From Phoronis australis (taxonomy: Eukaryota > Animalia > Phoronida), in the NCBI GenBank assembly GCA_002633005.1, contig NMRA01000005.1, positions 1,913,048-1,977,047 of the forward strand: a stretch of DNA of 64,000 nt, read 5' to 3'. Each line of letters begins with the position of its first letter. The stretch's first letter is position 1. The notes below the pieces were generated by a model, which made no database searches, was not told the origin of the DNA, and saw only the letters and a list, made by a program, of their open reading frames with translations. The translations under genes and the position numbers were made by a program. Shown here piece after piece: positions 62,050 through 64,000 of the stretch.

Positions 62050-64000
62050 CAAATCAACTAATTACTATTTATTGCCTAACCCACTTGTCTTTTGTTCATT
62101 GACTAAGGTGTTTTTGTGCGGAGCCGTGTCGCGCTTATGTCTGTTATGGGTTCTTTGGAATCAATCGCCACTGGTGTTCAGTGCTACGAGTATCGGAGAT
62201 AAGAACAAAATGACAACTGCACAGTTTTCATTTCGTGTCTATAAAAATCTAAGGCGAAGAAAATATAAGCATTTCAAAATAGTAAACCATTCATTATTAT
62301 GTAACCACCCATTCTCTGAAATCCCTGTTTCTAAAGACGTGTACTTGCTCTACACTGCAGAAAGCAGGTATACTTTAAAACCACATCTCAAGTTTAGTCG
62401 AAAATACAGTTAAACTTCTCATAAAGTTGTATATCCCACCGAAAGTGATCTCTAAAATTTTTCTGACCGCTGTAAGTCTTAATTCACGCTGCCTTGGAAA
62501 ACATTCAGGGCACTTACGAGCAAAAAACACCTCTCTTCAGAAAGTCCCTGGCCTAGTCAACCCTTTCAGTACTTTCTCCTTCAAATATTCCATCACAGGT
62601 CATCTCACAGTTCCAGCTGAATGCTGAAACCTATGTTACCATGGCAAGGGGGATTGTTAAGCACTGTTCAACAGGCTAATAACAATGTTTCTTCATTTCA
62701 CTTTAAGCATTACCAGGGGGAAAGCGAATGCAATGAATAAACCCAACGGTTAGACATATTGTCAAATTTCAACACTTGTGAAGTGTGCCGCCCTTGAACA
62801 ACAGCGCCTACGGAAGTGAGTTCACAGCCAATCCCTTTGCTTGCAACCGAATCTGCATATCTGTATTGAATCAGTTTAGCAGTGAAATCACGGCGTTGTC
62901 GAGACTTAGGGGCCCGAGTTATTTCCACTACTCCATTATAGAATTGGAAAGATAAAAGTTCTACAGCACAAATACTTCTCCCAGTGTGTTTTAAAACCTT
63001 TTGTAGAGCAAATGATGTCATTTTCCGATGGAAACGAAAAGTCTATGACGCACTTTCGCTTTCGATTTTGTTTATAGCCACAATAGTCCTTACCAAACTT
63101 GACCGAAACGCGAAAGCAAAGATAATGAAACCGCAGCAAGTCCGTATATCGACTAGACATTTTTTATCATATGTTTGCTTCAAAACTTTGTAAATTCATC
63201 GTGAGATGTAATCACTTTTAAATTCAACATGTACTAATATTGCTGCCCGTTTCAAGGTTTGCGTACATTGCGACTACAACACACGGCAACAGGTTTTAGT
63301 CACTGACTAGAAAGTTCCCTATTCATTAGAACTTAAGACATCTTACTGTTCCTTGGACTATCCCCTGCTCAGTCGTCAGAAAAATGTCAGATGTGTTGAT
63401 TTCGGCAGCGTTTATCATTGTCGGAGGGCACCGCCGGGCTGGAAAACCCGGGCAAAACACCTCGTCATGACGGACCCGCCGATGCTGTGTCAACTTTGTT
63501 ATTTGCACCCTAATGCACTGTATCGCGCAAGTATATAGTACAGGGCTCTATTCAGTAGAAATAAAGAGCGAAAGGGTAATTTCAATTGTTCATTTGTTTT
63601 CGTGCACCAAAGCCGCACTCACGCCGGTATAATAGTGTACAATAAGTAGCTTTCACGGAAAGGGTTTTGAAAAACTTTATTGCCTTTTCAAGTGGAAATT
63701 AGGGCGAAAAAGCGTTTGGGCCAGATAACAAATGTACACCATAAGCGATATGATAAGGCACAACTTGTAGGTCAGGTGATATAGATGATAAGGGAGCAGC
63801 TTCTGCCCTATTCTGGCGTTGGCTCAGTGTGTAACTCAATTAGCATGTGTGATTTGAATTCTTGAAAGAAGGGCAGTACCTTATTCCAGTATGTTATAGA
63901 TGTTCAGAGTCTGTGCCCAGTTGCATGAAGCAGTCCAAAACAGGAACTCAACTAAATTATCAAAGTCTACATGTGTCTTTCCTTTGCTCACAAGTTAGAC

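Overview
AT-rich eukaryotic genomic DNA with spliceosomal introns, from an invertebrate animal (a marine deuterostome is plausible but cannot be proven from this window). Six intron-containing protein genes can be built by hand from splice signals. (1) The last two coding exons of an unidentified + strand gene (1241-4881). (2) An unidentified basic, helical 264-aa gene on - (13654-7853). (3) An IQCC-like IQ-motif gene with a polyQ tract on - (23229-13666). (4) Archease/ZBTB8OS on + (23298-29977). (5) A complete 5-exon, slightly divergent calmodulin on - (45123-35899). (6) The 3' part of a coiled-coil gene on - (61786-57640). The most unusual observations are these. IQCC and the downstream gene share one 62-nt exon that holds the IQCC stop and, 11 nt later, the next ATG. 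The IQCC and archease start codons are only 68 nt apart, head to head. Archease has an 11-nt microexon followed by a U12-type GT-AG intron. Calmodulin intron 2 holds a candidate in-phase alternative first exon. A 1.6-kb TTAA-flanked Kolobok-type element retains only the fused N-termini of its two convergent genes. The rest is MITEs with 5-bp TSDs, Helentron-associated (HINE-like) elements, tRNA-derived repeats, microsatellites and one N gap. All gene models are manual and untested by alignment or RNA data.
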